From Antechinus flavipes (Eukaryota): 64,000 nt of DNA. A program made the translations under genes and the position numbers. Where the stretch lies: positions 624,526,001 through 624,590,000 of the forward strand of contig NC_067400.1 in assembly GCF_016432865.1 (NCBI RefSeq), given 5' to 3'. The notes under the pieces were generated by a model. The model was not told the DNA's origin, made no database searches, and saw only the letters and a list, made by a program, of their open reading frames with translations. Shown in pieces: positions 1-22,200 of this stretch (positions within the stretch are counted from its first letter, which is position 1; every line of letters starts with the position of its first letter).

Positions 1-410
1 GGGCTCCCCAGGCCCAGCCTGACTCTGGAAGAGTGGATGCACTTGGTGAGGGTGGCGGGGCTCAGCACACAGTGGGGCCTGAGATAACTGCCGGGTGCCA
101 GGGGGACATCCTCTCTTTGGAACCCACGTGTCCCTGGGCACTTGCACGTACCCCTGCCTTTACTCAGAGCTGGGCCTCTCTGGGCCACCTGTTTGGAGCC
201 CCTTGAACTCTCACTTTGGTAACCCGTGACCCTGGGCCCAGGGAGGTGTCTGGAGCTCAGAGTGAGCCAGGCTAGAAGGGACCCAGATCTGGGCTGCCAG
301 GGCCTCCCTCTGGTCTTTTGATTCCCACCTCCGTGGGACCGTGTGTCCGGTCCATTGTGTGTCTCCAGGCCCTCCCCTCTGCTCCTGCTGGTTTCCAATC
401 TGGGAATTTT

Positions 411-3110
411 CCACCCCCAAGGAGAGAAGGGAAGAGGCCCCAGTGGATCTCTCAGTCCCCATCCCCAGGGAGAGAAGGAAAAGCCCCAGTGGGTCCTTGG
501 TCCCCATCCCAAGGGAGAGAAGGAAAGAGGCCCAGTGGGTCCTTGGTCCCCATCCCCAGGGAGAGAAGGAAAAGCCCCAGTGGGTCCTTGATCCCCATCC
601 CCAGGGAGAGAAGGGAAGAGGACCAGTGGGTCCTTGGTCCCCATCCCCAGGGAGAGAAGGGAAGAGGCCCCAGTGGATCTCTCAGTCCCCATCCCCAGGG
701 AGAGAAGGAAAAGCCCCAGTGGGTCCTTGGTCCCCATCCCCAGGGAGAGAAGGGAAGAGGCCCAGTGGGTCCTTGATCCCCATCCCCAGGGAGAGAAGGG
801 AAGAGGCCCAGTGGGTCCTTGATCCCCATCCCCAGGAAGAGAAGGGAAGAGGCCCCAATGGATCTCTCAGTCCCTATCCCCAGGGAGAGAAGGAAAAGCC
901 CCAGTGGGTCCTTGGTCCCCATCCCAAAGGAGAGAAGGAAAGAGGCCCAGTGGGTCCTTGGTCCCCATCCCCAGGAAGAGAAGGGAAGAGGCCCCAGTGG
1001 ATCTCTCAGTCCCCATCCCCAGGGAGAGAAGGAAAAGCCCCAGTGGGGTCCTTGGTCCCCATCCCCAGGGAGAGAAGGAAAAGCCCCAGTGGGTCCTTGA
1101 TCCCCATCCCCAGGGAGAGAAGGGAAGAGGACCAGTGGGTCCTTGGTCCCCATCCCCAGGGAGAGAAGGGAAGAGGCCCCAGTGGATCTCTCAGTCCCCA
1201 TCCCCAGGGAGAGAAGGAAAAGCCCCAGTGGGTCCTTGGTCCCCATCCCAAGGGAGAGAAGGAAAGAGGCCCAGTGGGTCCTTGGTCCCCACCCCCAGGA
1301 AGAGAAGGGAAGAGGCCCCAGTGGATCTCTCAGTCCCCATCCCCAGGGAAAGAAGGAAAAGCCCCAGTGGGGTCCTTGGTTCCCATCCCCAGGGAGAGAA
1401 GGAAAAGTCCCAGTGGGTCCTTGATCCCCATCCCCAGGGAGAGAAGGGAAGAGGACCAGTGGGTCCTTGGTCCCCATCCCCAGGGAGAGAAGGGAAGAGG
1501 CCCCAGTGGATCTCTCAGTCCCCATCCCCAGGGAGAGAAGGAAAAGCCCCAGTGGGTCCTTGGTCCCCATCCCAAGGGAGAGAAGGGAAGAGGCCCAGTG
1601 GGTCCTTGATCCCCATCCCCAGGGAGAGAAGGGAAGAGGCCCCAGTGGATCTCTCAGTCCCCATCCCCAGGGAGAGAAGGAAAGAGGCCCAGTGGGTCCT
1701 TGATCCCCATCCCCAGGGAGAGAAGGAAAGAGGCCCAGTGGGTCCTTGATCCCCATCCCCAGGGAGAGAAGGGAAAAGTCCCAGTGTATCCTTGGTCCCC
1801 ATCCCCAGGGAGAGAAGGGAAGAGGCCCCAGTGGGTCCTTGGTCCTTGGTCCTCACCTCCAGGAAGAGAAGGGAAGAGGCCCCAATGGATCCCTCAGTCC
1901 CCATCTCTAAGGAGAGAAGGGAAGAGGCCCAGTGGATCCTTGGACCCCATCCCTAGGGAGAGAAGGGAAAAGTCCCAGTGTATCCTTGGTCCCCATCCCC
2001 AGGGAGAGAAGGAAAGAAGCCCCAGTGGGTCCTTGGTCCTCATCCCCAGTGAGAGAAAGGAAGAGGCCCCAGTGGATCCCTCAGTCCCCATCTCTAAGGA
2101 GAGAAGGGAAAAGCCCCAGTGGGTCCTTGGTCCCCATCCCCAAGGAGAGAAGGAAAGAGGCCCAGTGGGTCCTTAGACCCCATCCCCAGGGAGAGAAGGA
2201 AAGAGGCCCAGTGGGTCCTTGATCCCCATCCCCAGGGAGAGAAGGGAAAAGTCCCAGTGTATCCTTGGTCCCCATCCCCAGGGAGAGAAGGGAAGAGGCC
2301 CCAGTGGGTCCTTGGTCCTTGGTCCTCACCTCCAGGAAGAGAAGGGAAGAGGCCCCAATGGATCCCTCAGTCCCCATCTCTAAGGAGAGAAGGGAAGAGG
2401 CCCAGTGGATCCTTGGACCCCATCCCTAGGGAGAGAAGGGAAAAGTCCCAGTGTATCCTTGGTCCCCATCCCCAGGGAGAGAAGGAAAGAAGCCCCAGTG
2501 GGTCCTTGGTCCTCATCCCCAGTGAGAGAAAGGAAGAGGCCCCAGTGGATCCCTCAGTCCCCATCTCTAAGGAGAGAAGGGAAAAGCCCCAGTGGGTCCT
2601 TGGTCCCCATCCCCAAGGAGAGAAGGAAAGAGGCCCAGTGGGTCCTTAGACCCCATCCCCAGGGAGAGAAGGAAAGAGGCCCAGTGGGTCCTTGATCCCC
2701 ATCCCCAGGGAGAGAAGGGAAGAGCCCCAGTGGGTCCTTGGTCCCTATCCCCAGGGAGAAAAGGAAAGAGGCCCAGTGGATCCCTCAGTCCCCATCTCTA
2801 AGGAGAGAAGGGAAAAGCCCCAGTGGGTCCTTGGTCCCTATCCCTAGGGAGAGAAGGAAAGAGACCCAGTGGGTCCTTGATCCCCATCTCCAAAGAGAGA
2901 AGGGAAAAGCCCCAGTGGGTCCTTGGTCCCCATCCCCAGGGAGAGAAGGAAAGAGCCCCAGTGGGTCCTTGGTCCCCATCCCCAGGGAGAGAAGGAAAGA
3001 GACCCAGTGGGTCCTTGATCCCCATGCCCAGGGAGAGGAGGAAAGAGGTCCCAGTAGGTCTTTGATTCCTATCCCCAGGGAGAGAGGGAAGAGCCCCAGT
3101 AGAGCCCTTG
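411..3110. repeat. Minisatellite, ~45-48 bp monomer ([45 protein letters not shown]), ~58 copies, in PRR12 intron 1
   Basis: Directly visible tandem array. Successive AGAGAAGG anchors at 423, 471, 516 and 562. Identical ORF-track peptides recur at offsets of 324 and 473 bp. Confidence 0.97.
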
Positions 3111-3185
3111 GTCCTAGGGGCTGGGATTGGGCTGGACTGGCCTTCAGAGCCTGGGATAACCTTCCTGCCTCTCTCCCCACCTCAG

Positions 3186-12908
<9,723 letters not shown>

Positions 12909-13923
12909 CCGGCCCTCTGCCGCCCACTGGCCCTGCTGGGTTGTAGCCCCTCCCTGCCCCCGCCCTTTCACTGTACAGAGAAATTATTTATATATATATG
13001 TATAAATGTCTATTTAGTCCCCTCCCTCCTTTGCCCTCCCCTCCTCTGCCCTCCCCCATGTACATAATGTATAGGCAAAGTCTATGTCTGGGGGGGGCGG
13101 GCGCTGCTCCTTCCCGAGACCTTCCTCGAGGGCCGCCCCGTGGGGCCGTGGCGGGTGGGGCGGGATCCAGCTTGTTAATTATTTGTAATCTTATTTATTG
13201 TACATAGTTGGGGAGGGCTGGGGGAGGGGCAGAGAGGGCTCGGGCTCCGGCCCCCCCTTTTCTACAGCGCCTCGGTCCCCGGCCGCCTCACTCCGGTCTG
13301 AGTGTCGTCTGAACGTGGTTCTCTTTTTGATCAGTCTGTCCCCCCCTCGTCTCGCTGTCTCTCGGGCTTCTATACGATTCACTTGTATACACTGTGTACA
13401 CACAGATCCAGCCGGGCTCCCAATCAGCAACCACTTTATTTGCACGGGCCGGCCCTCGTGTGCCTCTGTCCTGCGCTCCGGTGGGAGTGGGGGGCGGGGG
13501 CGGGGGCGCTGTAGGGACCAGTGCTCAGAAACCCATTTTGGGGCCAGGTGCACTTCTGGGATCCTAAGAGCCGTCCCGACGCTGCCCAAGTAGGCGACGG
13601 GCTTCCCGTCCCCGGAGACTTCCGGGGGAATACGGGGGATCGGCGGAGCCCGAGAGCACGCCCAGCCCGAGGGGGCCGAGGCTCCTTCCTGTCCCCAGTT
13701 TGCCCTAAGCGGAAAAAGGGAGAGGGGTGCTCCCACAGAGGAGGAACCGGGCCTACTTCGGGGGCCCCCTTGGGGCCGGAGGGCTGGCGCCTTGCCCCTG
13801 GGTGGCAGCCAGAAAGCCTGGGCCAGCTGGTGGTCCGCCAGGGACTCCGGGGCCTGTTCTAACCTGGCCGGGGGTCCCTTCCCCAGGAACTGACCGCCAC
13901 TCAGTCTGGTTTCGGCAGTGACG

Positions 13924-13929
13924 TTTATT
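13924..13929 (-). terminator. Polyadenylation signal AATAAA, probably for RRAS
   Basis: TTTATT on the + strand, ~230 nt downstream of the RRAS stop codon. Confidence 0.7.
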
Positions 13930-14155
13930 GAGAGGCTGGGTGGCCGAGGCAGGAGGGGAAGAGTGTGCTGTGACGAAGGCACCGGGCGACCCCAATCCAG
14001 GGGCCCCGGCCGTGTAGTGTGTCCGGACCTGAGGGGAGGGGCTTTCGGGCTTCCTCCCCATAGCCGGCCAGGCCATCGGCCCAGAGAGCGAACGGGCCCG
14101 TGGGCCCCGGGCAGCAAGGCGGGTACAGAGCCATCTTCGGTCCCGGGCGCAGAAG

Positions 14156-16719
14156 TTAGAGGAGGAGGCACGGGCAACCGCCGTTCCCAGCTTTCTTCCT
14201 AGGGGGCATGGGGGGGCTGGGGGGCAGCTCCTGCTCCTGGTACTTCCTGTGGAGGGGTGCTTCATTTAGAGGAAGCAAGAGGGACTAAAGGTGGGCGGGC
14301 GGGCTGGGGGCGTCCTGGGGAAGGGCCGGCCGGGGGCTGGCTTCCCGGGAGAGGCAGTCGGGGGAGCCCATTTTGTTCACTAGGGCTGGGGTGGGGCGGT
14401 AATTCCTGGGGCCCCCAAGGGGTGGAAGACGACCAGTTCTCACCGGACGGCTCGGACCAGCTGTTCAAAGGCTTCGTCCACGTTGAGCCGAAGTTTGGCC
14501 GACGCTTCGAAGTAGGCTATGTGTCTGGAGGCACAGAAGGCCGAGGCCTCCGAGCGGGGCACCTGAGGCAGTGGGGAGGACGCGGGCTGAGCAGCTGCCT
14601 CTGGGGGCCGTGGGGAGAAGAGGGGGCTCCTCTTGGGGCCTGCCCTTCCCTGGCTCCCAGGGTTCCCACCTGTCTGTGGGTCTCCAGATCAGCCTTGTTG
14701 CCCACCAGCACGATGGGGAAATCATCTCTGTCTTTGACTCGGAGAATCTGAGTATGCAGCTTGCCTACTTCGTTAAAGCTGAGGTGGAAAGGCCAGACGG
14801 GAGCCAGCAGGCAGTTAGACCGGGCTCACTGCCCCCCCCCGCCCAGGTGCCAAGGCTAGCCCACATATCACTGCCTCCCTAAGTGTCAGGGCTAGCCCAT
14901 ATACCACTGCCCTCCTGGTGCCAAGGCTAACCCACATACCACTGCCCCCCTAGGTGTCAGGGCTAGCCCACATACCACTGTCCCTCAGATGCCAAGATTA
15001 GCCCACATACCACTGCCCCTCTGGTGCCAAGGCTAGCCAACATGCCATTGCCCCCCCCCTAGGTGTCAGGGCTAGCCCACATACCACTGTCCCCCCCCAG
15101 GTGTCAGGGCTAGCCCACATACCACTGCCCCCCTAGGTGTCAGGGCTAGCCCACATACCACTGCCCCCCCCAGGTGTCAGGGCTAGCCCACATACCACTG
15201 CCCCCCCCAGGTGTCAGGGCTAGCCCACATACTACTGCCCCCCAGGTGCCAAGGCTAGCCCACATACCACTGCCCCCCAGGTGCCAAGGCTAGCCCACAT
15301 ACTACTGCCCCCCAGGTGCCAGAGCTAGCCCACATACCACTGCCCCCCAGGTGTCAGGGCTAGCCCACATACTACTGCCCCCCAGGTGCCAAGGCTAGCC
15401 CACATACCACTGCCCCCCAGGTGCCAAGGCTAGCCCACATACTACTGCCTCCCCGGGTGCCAGGGCTAGCCCACATACCACTGTCCCCCCTTGGTGTTAA
15501 AGGTAGCCCACATGCCACTGTCCCCCGGTGCCAAGGCTAGCCCACATACCACTGCCCCCCCAGGTGCCAGAGCTAGCCCACATACCACTACCCCCCCTTG
15601 GTGTCAAAGGTAGCCCACATGCTACTGTCCCCTCAGGTGCCAAGGCTAGCCCTTCCTCCTCTTTGGGTTCCAACCCTGTGCTAGCCAGCTATTTGTCTCG
15701 TGCACCCCTTTAGGGATTGGGGCAGCTGGGGAGCTCACCTCTGCCGGTCATTGATAGCATACACCAGCAGAAAGCCATGACCTGCCCTCATGTATTGCTC
15801 CCTCATGGCCCCAAACTCCTCTTGCCCGGCGGTGTCCAGGACTGGGGAAGGGCAGAAAGGGATTGGGGGGGGCTCTACCTCGCAGCTCCCCCACCCGCCA
15901 GCCGCACCTCGTCCCCCCTTCCCCCAGTCCCCCTCCCCCTCACTGTCCAGCCGGGCCGGGACGCCATCCACACTGCACAGTTTGGTATAGGAGTCCTCGA
16001 TGGTCGGGTCATAGTCGGACACGAAGTAAGACTGCGGGTGAGGGGTGGGGAGTCAGGCCCCGTTCCTCGCGTTCCTCTTGGCCTGGGCTGCTGGAGTCCC
16101 GGGTCGGCCCGTCCCTCTCTCCTCCCCAAGGCTCTGCATGGTCCGGTCCCTCCCTCCCCAGCCTGGGATGCGGCCAGATCCCGCTGTCTGCCCTACCCGG
16201 AAGGGGGGAGCCCTCCCGCCTCCAGCTCCTGCTCCCACTCCCGCCCTTCCTGCCCGGCCCTCCTCCCCTCCCCCCAAGCCAGGGCCAAGGCCAGGAACGG
16301 GATCGGGGTGGGGACGTGGGGTGGGGTGGCTGCTGGGTGGGGGGGTTGGCAGGGTCCGGGCTGGACGGTGCCAGGGACGGTGGCAGCGAAGGAGGCGGAA
16401 AAGAGGCCCCGGACGGGCAGAGTGGTTTGTGTGGCACGTGTGGAGGAGGCGAGGGCAACCCGGGGGCGGGGCTCCCGAGGAGCCCGGGGCTGGGGTCGGG
16501 GTCGCCCGGGCTGGTGCCCCGGGGGGCGCCCTCCGCTACCTGGATGAACTGGATCGTGAGCGCGCTCTTGCCCACGCCGCCGCCTCCCACGACCACCAGC
16601 TTGTGCGTCTCCCCGGCCGGGGCCGGAGCCGAGGCCGAGAGGGTCGCTCCTGGACGGCCCCGCCCGCGCCCCAGCCCGGCTCCGGTTCCGGCCGCTGCCG
16701 CCGCTGCTACCCCGCTCAT
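14156..16719 (-). CDS. RRAS: Ras-related protein R-Ras (229 aa)
   Basis: Exons in transcript order: 16719-16540, 16031-15944, 15841-15739, 14778-14670, 14562-14444, 14246-14156 (TAA); total 690 nt. G1 GGGGVGKS, effector [25 protein letters not shown], and C-terminal CPCLLL CaaX with upstream palmitoylation Cys. Confidence 0.98.
14838..15650. repeat. ~34-36 bp minisatellite (CCAGGTG(C/T)CA(A/G)GGCTAGCCCACATACCACTGCCCC) in RRAS intron 3
   Basis: About 22 visible tandem copies. Confidence 0.95.
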
Positions 16720-18300
16720 GTCGCCGGCCGCTGCCGCCGCTACCGCCGCCGCCGCCTCGGGGGCCCAGGGAGGTGCCCGGCCCGGCCTGGCCGGGGCGGA
16801 GCCATGCTAATGATGACGCGGGGGCGGAGCCATGCTTAATGAGCCCCGGAGAGCGCTCGGGGCTAAACTACTAAGTTCCAGGTGGAACGTCCGGGGTTTG
16901 GTGGGGCGGAGCGACACCGACGCTGCCCACCAATGGGAGGCGGAACGCTTAGGGCTATGTTAATAAGCTCGTGAAATTTCCTGGCCTGGGCGGGGCCGTG
17001 CTAACGAGGGTCTCGCGTCAGTCAATGTCGGGGCGGTGTCCTTGTCCACGGAGGCGGGGCCGTGTAAAGGAAGGTTCCCTTCGGGCCAAGCTAAAGGGGA
17101 TGCACAGAGAACTGACCGGGCCCGGGGGCGGGACTATGCTAATATGGTCAGAGCTTCGAATCGATCGGTATCCCGAGGGGCGGGTTTATGCGAATGAAGG
17201 GGTGGGTTCTTGCTCTTGGCTGGGTCGTGAAGTCATCGCATTCCAAACTCATGAGCCGGAAGGCCAGAGACTGGAGAAAGGGGCGCCGGGGTCCCCAAGG
17301 TGTGGGGCTGGGCCAAACTTCTCAGCCTCCAAATATTTCCATCCTCTCCCTCCGTATCGGACTGGTTCTTACAGGAGAAAACGGAGGCCCGGAGAGGGAG
17401 GGCTAGGTCAGAGTCGCCCATTCTGCCCGTCACAAATCGTTCTATCTGTAAAACGCTTAGTAAAAACTTTTCCCTTTCATCCCTCCCTCCTTCCTTCCCA
17501 TATCCCATCAGGGCCAAATCCTCTAGGATGGGGCGCTGAGATCCCTGGGGAGAGAAGAGGGTGGGAGCCGAGGTTGGGTGAGGCCGTGCACTTTGATCTC
17601 GCTGCCCCTCCACCTCGCTTGACTACGACTCCCGAAGGCCTTTGCCTCAAGACTTTTGCTTCCTTACTTCCGGTCGCGCGCAGAGCTCGGTGAGGTTAAA
17701 TTGGGAAGTGGTGGTGGTGGGGAGGGGAGCGCTCGATGCTGTCAGCCCCACCTTCCTTCCTCTCTTCCTCCCTCCCACCCTCCCTCTCTAGCTTGGCTCT
17801 ACTTTCCCCCGCTTCCGCGCGTCAAGAAACTACGGCTCCCGGCGGGCCCCGCGCGCCACGCGCTGCCCATCGGGTAGCGCAGTTCTCCGGCCGGCTGCTC
17901 TGGGCGGGCGACTCTTTGGTTGGACTGCGTCTCCCGACGTGCCTGGCGGCAGCGCGCGCCCGGCCCCGCCCCACCCCGCCTTGCCCCGCCCGCTCCGGGG
18001 CCCCTGAGCCGCAGCCGGAGGAGCGAGCGAGAGGAGATCGAGACGAGAAGAGAGAGAGAGGAGGAGGCCGCGGAGGCGGAGGCGGAGGCAGGGGAGGAGG
18101 AGCGGCGGCGAGCGGGTGAGGGACTGCGGGCCGGGGGAAGGGTGGCCGGAGGGACCGCGGGTCGGGGCAGGGGGAGGCGCCGAGGCCCAGGCCGTCGCCG
18201 CCGCCGCCGCCGCCGCCGCCGGGGTAAGATGGCCGCCCGATCCAGGCCCCCGAGCGGAGCAGCGCCGCCGCCGTCTACGCGGCCGGACGGCGGAGGCCGG
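16720..18300. promoter_or_regulatory. CpG-island bidirectional promoter region of RRAS/SCAF1, with SCAF1 non-coding first exon(s)
   Basis: Head-to-head gene starts, dense CpG, GC boxes, CCAAT (~16930), ACTACnnnTCCC-type motifs at 17622-17633 and 17829-17840, YY1-like AAGATGGCCGCC at 18226-18237, candidate donors at 18116 (GG|GTGAGG) and 18224 (GG|GTAAGA), (CCG)n at ~18197-18220. Confidence 0.8.
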
Positions 18301-19247
18301 GGGGAGGGGCGGCCCGAGCTGGCGGCGTAGACGCGGCCTGGGGCGCGGCCGGGGGCTAGAGGAAGCCGCGGCTGAGGGGGGCGCTCATGGCTGTCGGAAC
18401 AGGGGCCGGCCTTGAAGCCCCCCATCTTCGGGAGTCCCCGGGGCCGCGTCTGGGCGGATCTGCAGCCGCAGCCTGGGAGACCGAGGGGGCCCCTTACTCA
18501 GGTCTGGGAGCGGGATCACGTGGGCTGCCCCCTCTGGGTGGGTCCGCGCGGCGGGACAGGTGTCAAGGAGAGGGTTGGGGGGCCTGAAGGCCGGGCTGGA
18601 GGGTGGGGGCTCTGTGCTGGGGAGCTGGAGGAGAAGCTACTGGACAGACACCATCGCCCACGGCGGGGGGCTTTTGAGAGGCTACCTGTTTTACCTTCCC
18701 CCCAAAACAGAAGACTCTGTCAGGGTCCCAAAGGACAGGGATTCGTTAGCGGAGCCCTCCAGATTCCGGCTCCTCAGCCCCCGGATCTCTGCTTCTGGGG
18801 AGGGTCCCTGCAGCCTGCTGGGCTGGGGTCGGGGCTTGTAAACGCGGAAGGGGAGGGTTAGTCGGGGGAGGAGCTTAGGGTGTAGGGGGACTGGGGGTCG
18901 ATGGTGGCTCAGGGAGGCTTCCCCAACAGCGCAGTGGGGGGTCCGTGCGGCTTAGGCAGGCATCCCTGACGTCACGTGGGGGTGTCAGTGCGGGGAGGGC
19001 TCCCTGTGCTCAGGGAAGCAGCGCAGCGGGGCGCAGACAGCGTCAGGAAGGTCCGGGGGAACCCCTGCTTGGGTGTCAGAGCTCCCGGCCAAGTCCGGGT
19101 GTAAGCGGGGGCTGCAAGTCCGGGAGGGCTCGGGAAAGCTGCGCTGGGCAAGGGGGGTCAGGCGGGGTCGTCGGCGCAGAGCGAGGGGGCGTTTGGGAGG
19201 CTGGGACCTGCCGGCCTGCACGCTAGCCCCCTCCCCCCCAGGTGACC

Positions 19248-22200
19248 ATGGAGGAGGAGGAGGAGCCCAGAGGCGCCTCGCCAGATGAGCCCCACGATGA
19301 GGCGGGGGAGGTGCCTGACGGAGACCCCGGCCTGGCCGCCAGCCCGGCCCCCTTGCCCTCGGCCCTCATCCTGGTGAGTGGGCTAACCGTGGGGGGGGGG
19401 GGGGCGTCCTGAGTCCCCCTTCTGAGTGCCTCTCTTTTCTCCCTTCTCAGCGGGCCCTCCAACAGGCCGTAGGGGGTTCACTGCAGGGGGAGCTGAGCGG
19501 TGAGAAAGGTAGGCGGCAGCAGGGGCCGGACCGGGGTCCTCACCTGCGGGGTCCCCCTCGTCTCCCACCCCTGACCCCCCCTCTGTGTCCCTCCCAGATG
19601 TTTCTCGAGCTCGGGGTCCCCGAAGGAAACGCTGCCGGAGCCCCAGAGCTGAGATGTGCCTCAGGGGCGCGGGCGGGACGGATGCGGCTGCCGTGAGTCT
19701 GGGGGCTGCCCGGGAGGTCGGGGGCTGTTTGCTGGGGTCCCCGGGCTGCGCCTTGAGGTCTGACTCTGGTTACAGGTGGTGGACCTTGCCGCCCGTAGCT
19801 TTCTGGCGGGGCTCCTGGGAGTGCTTGAGCCCCCCGACTCCTGGGTCCCCGGCCGCCCGGACCTCCCGGCTGTGGAGTGAGTAGGGTCCCCTGGGGGGTT
19901 GGGGAGGCGGCCGTGCCCGGCGGCCCCCGGCTGACCTCCTGGCTCCCACAGGGAAGAGCCCGCTGAGATGCTGGAGCTGGTGGCCGAGGTCCATCTGGGG
20001 GATGGGGCTCCCCTCTCTCTCCCCATCTCCCACCCCCTGCACAGCAGCCGGGCCTGGCGGGCCGGCAAGTCAGGTGAGCAGGCTGGGGAGCGGGGGTGGG
20101 GGCGGGTGGGGCCCCTCGGGGGGGCCCGCACCCCTCACACTGCCCCCCCAACCCCCTCGCAGGGTCTCTGCTGCAGCCGGGCCTCCTGGGCCCCGCCGGT
20201 GCCACAGCCCGTCTCCCGCTGCTGACCATGGGCACGGGGGACGGGGGGCCGGCTCCCCCGCCGGCCCCCTCCTCCACCTCCTCCTCCCCCTCCTCCTCCC
20301 CCCGGTCGTCCTCGTCCTCGCCCCCGCCCCCACCCCCCCCCGCCCCCCGCCCCTCGCTATGACATCTACGACCCCTTCCACCCCACGGATGAGGCCTACT
20401 CCCCGCCGCCCGCCCCCGAGCAGAAGTACGACCCCTTCGAGCCCACGGGCTCCAACCCCAGCTCCTCGGGGGGGACGCCGTCCCCGGGGGAGGAGGAGGA
20501 AGAGGAGGAGGAGGAGGAGGAAGAGGAGGAAGAAGAGGAGGAGGAGGAGGAGGAGGAGGAGGAAGACGAGGAGGGCCTCTCGCACAGCATCAGCCGCATC
20601 TCCGAGACGCTGGCGGGCATCTACGACGACAACAGCCTGAGCCAGGATTTCCCCAGCGGGGAGAGTCCCGGACCCGAGCCCCCGCCCCCCGCGGGCTCCG
20701 GCTCCCCGCCCCAAGCCGACTCCACGCGAGTGGAGGGCGGCCCCCCGCGCCGGCGGGTCTTTGTGGTGGGGGCCGAGGCGGAGGCCGCGAGGGGGGAGGG
20801 CAAGCTGTCCCTGGAGGTGGTCACCACCGGGGCCCCCTTCCCCCCGGCGGCCCCACCCCTGGACTCCGAGATCGAGGAAGGGGAGATCGTGCAGCCGGAA
20901 GAGGAGCTGCGCTTCGCCCCTGTGGCCCTGTTTCGGGGAGCCGGGGGCCGCGCGCCCCGGCCCACGCCCCCTTCGGCCGGAGCCGCCGCCGCCCCGGCCG
21001 CCCCGGCCGCGCCACTGCCTCCTCCGCCGGCCCGGGGCCCCGAGGGCGACGACTTCCTGTCCCTGCACGCGGAGTCCGACGGGGAGGGGGCCCTGCAGGT
21101 GGACCTGGGCGACCCTGTCCCCGCCGCGCCTCCTGCCACATCCAGCGACCCCCGCTGGACCGGCCTGGATCTCCGGCGCAAAATCCTGACCCAGCGGCGG
21201 GAGCGCTATCGGCAGCGGTCTCCCTCCCCGGCCGTGACGCCCGCCGCCCCGCCGCAGCCGCCCCGGAAGAAGTCCAAGCGGGATCACAAGCGCGAGCCCA
21301 AGGAGCCTCCGGCCCCGCCGGCCCCGCCGAGCCCGCCGGCTCCCGCGGCCTGGGACCCCAAGAAGCACCGGTCGCGGGATCACAAGCCCAGCTCCCGGTC
21401 CTCGCGCCGCCGCTCACGTTCGCGATCGCCACGGCCGCGGTCATCCTGGTCCCCGAGCTCCGAGAGGAGGCGAGGAGGCCGCCGGTCCCGGTCCCGGGAG
21501 AAGCGGCGGCGACGGCGGCGAAGGTCGTCGGCCTCGCCCCCCCCGGCTTCCTCGTCCTCCAGGCGGGAGCGGCACCGGACCAAGCACCGCAGCGAAGGCA
21601 GCAGCAAGAAGAAGAAGAAGCGGTCTCGGTCTCGGGGCGAGAAGCGGGGTGGGGGGGACCCCGAGAAGGTGTCGGGGGCCGGGACGGAGCGGGAGAGCCG
21701 GCGGCGGGGGGCCGTGCCCCCGTCCATTCAGGACCTCACGGACCACGACCTCTTTTCCATCAAGCGGACCATCACGGTGGGGAGGGCCGAGAAGCCCGCC
21801 TCCCGCTCAGCCTCCTCGGCCGGAGGTCCCGCCCCGGCCTCGCCCCTGCCCAAGCGGGAGGTTCTCTATGACTCAGAGGGGCTGAGCTGTGAGGAGAGGG
21901 GGGGCGGGGGCGGGAAGGGGTCCGGCGAGAAGGAGCGCAAGCGGTCGGCGACCCTGGCCCCCCGGGAGAAGGGGCGGAAGAAGGCGGCTTCCGAGGGGCC
22001 GGAGCGGGAGCGGGACAAGGGCTCCAAGAAGGCCCGGCCTTCCTCGGGCAAAGAAACGGCCCCCAAGACCGCCAGCGGGGGCAGCGGGCGCAAGGTCAAG
22101 CTTCAGTCCAAGGTGGCGGTCTTGATCCGAGAAGGGGTCAGCAGCACGACCTCCGCCAAGGAGGGCGCCGCAGCCACGGCCCCCAGCTCCATCGGCGTCA

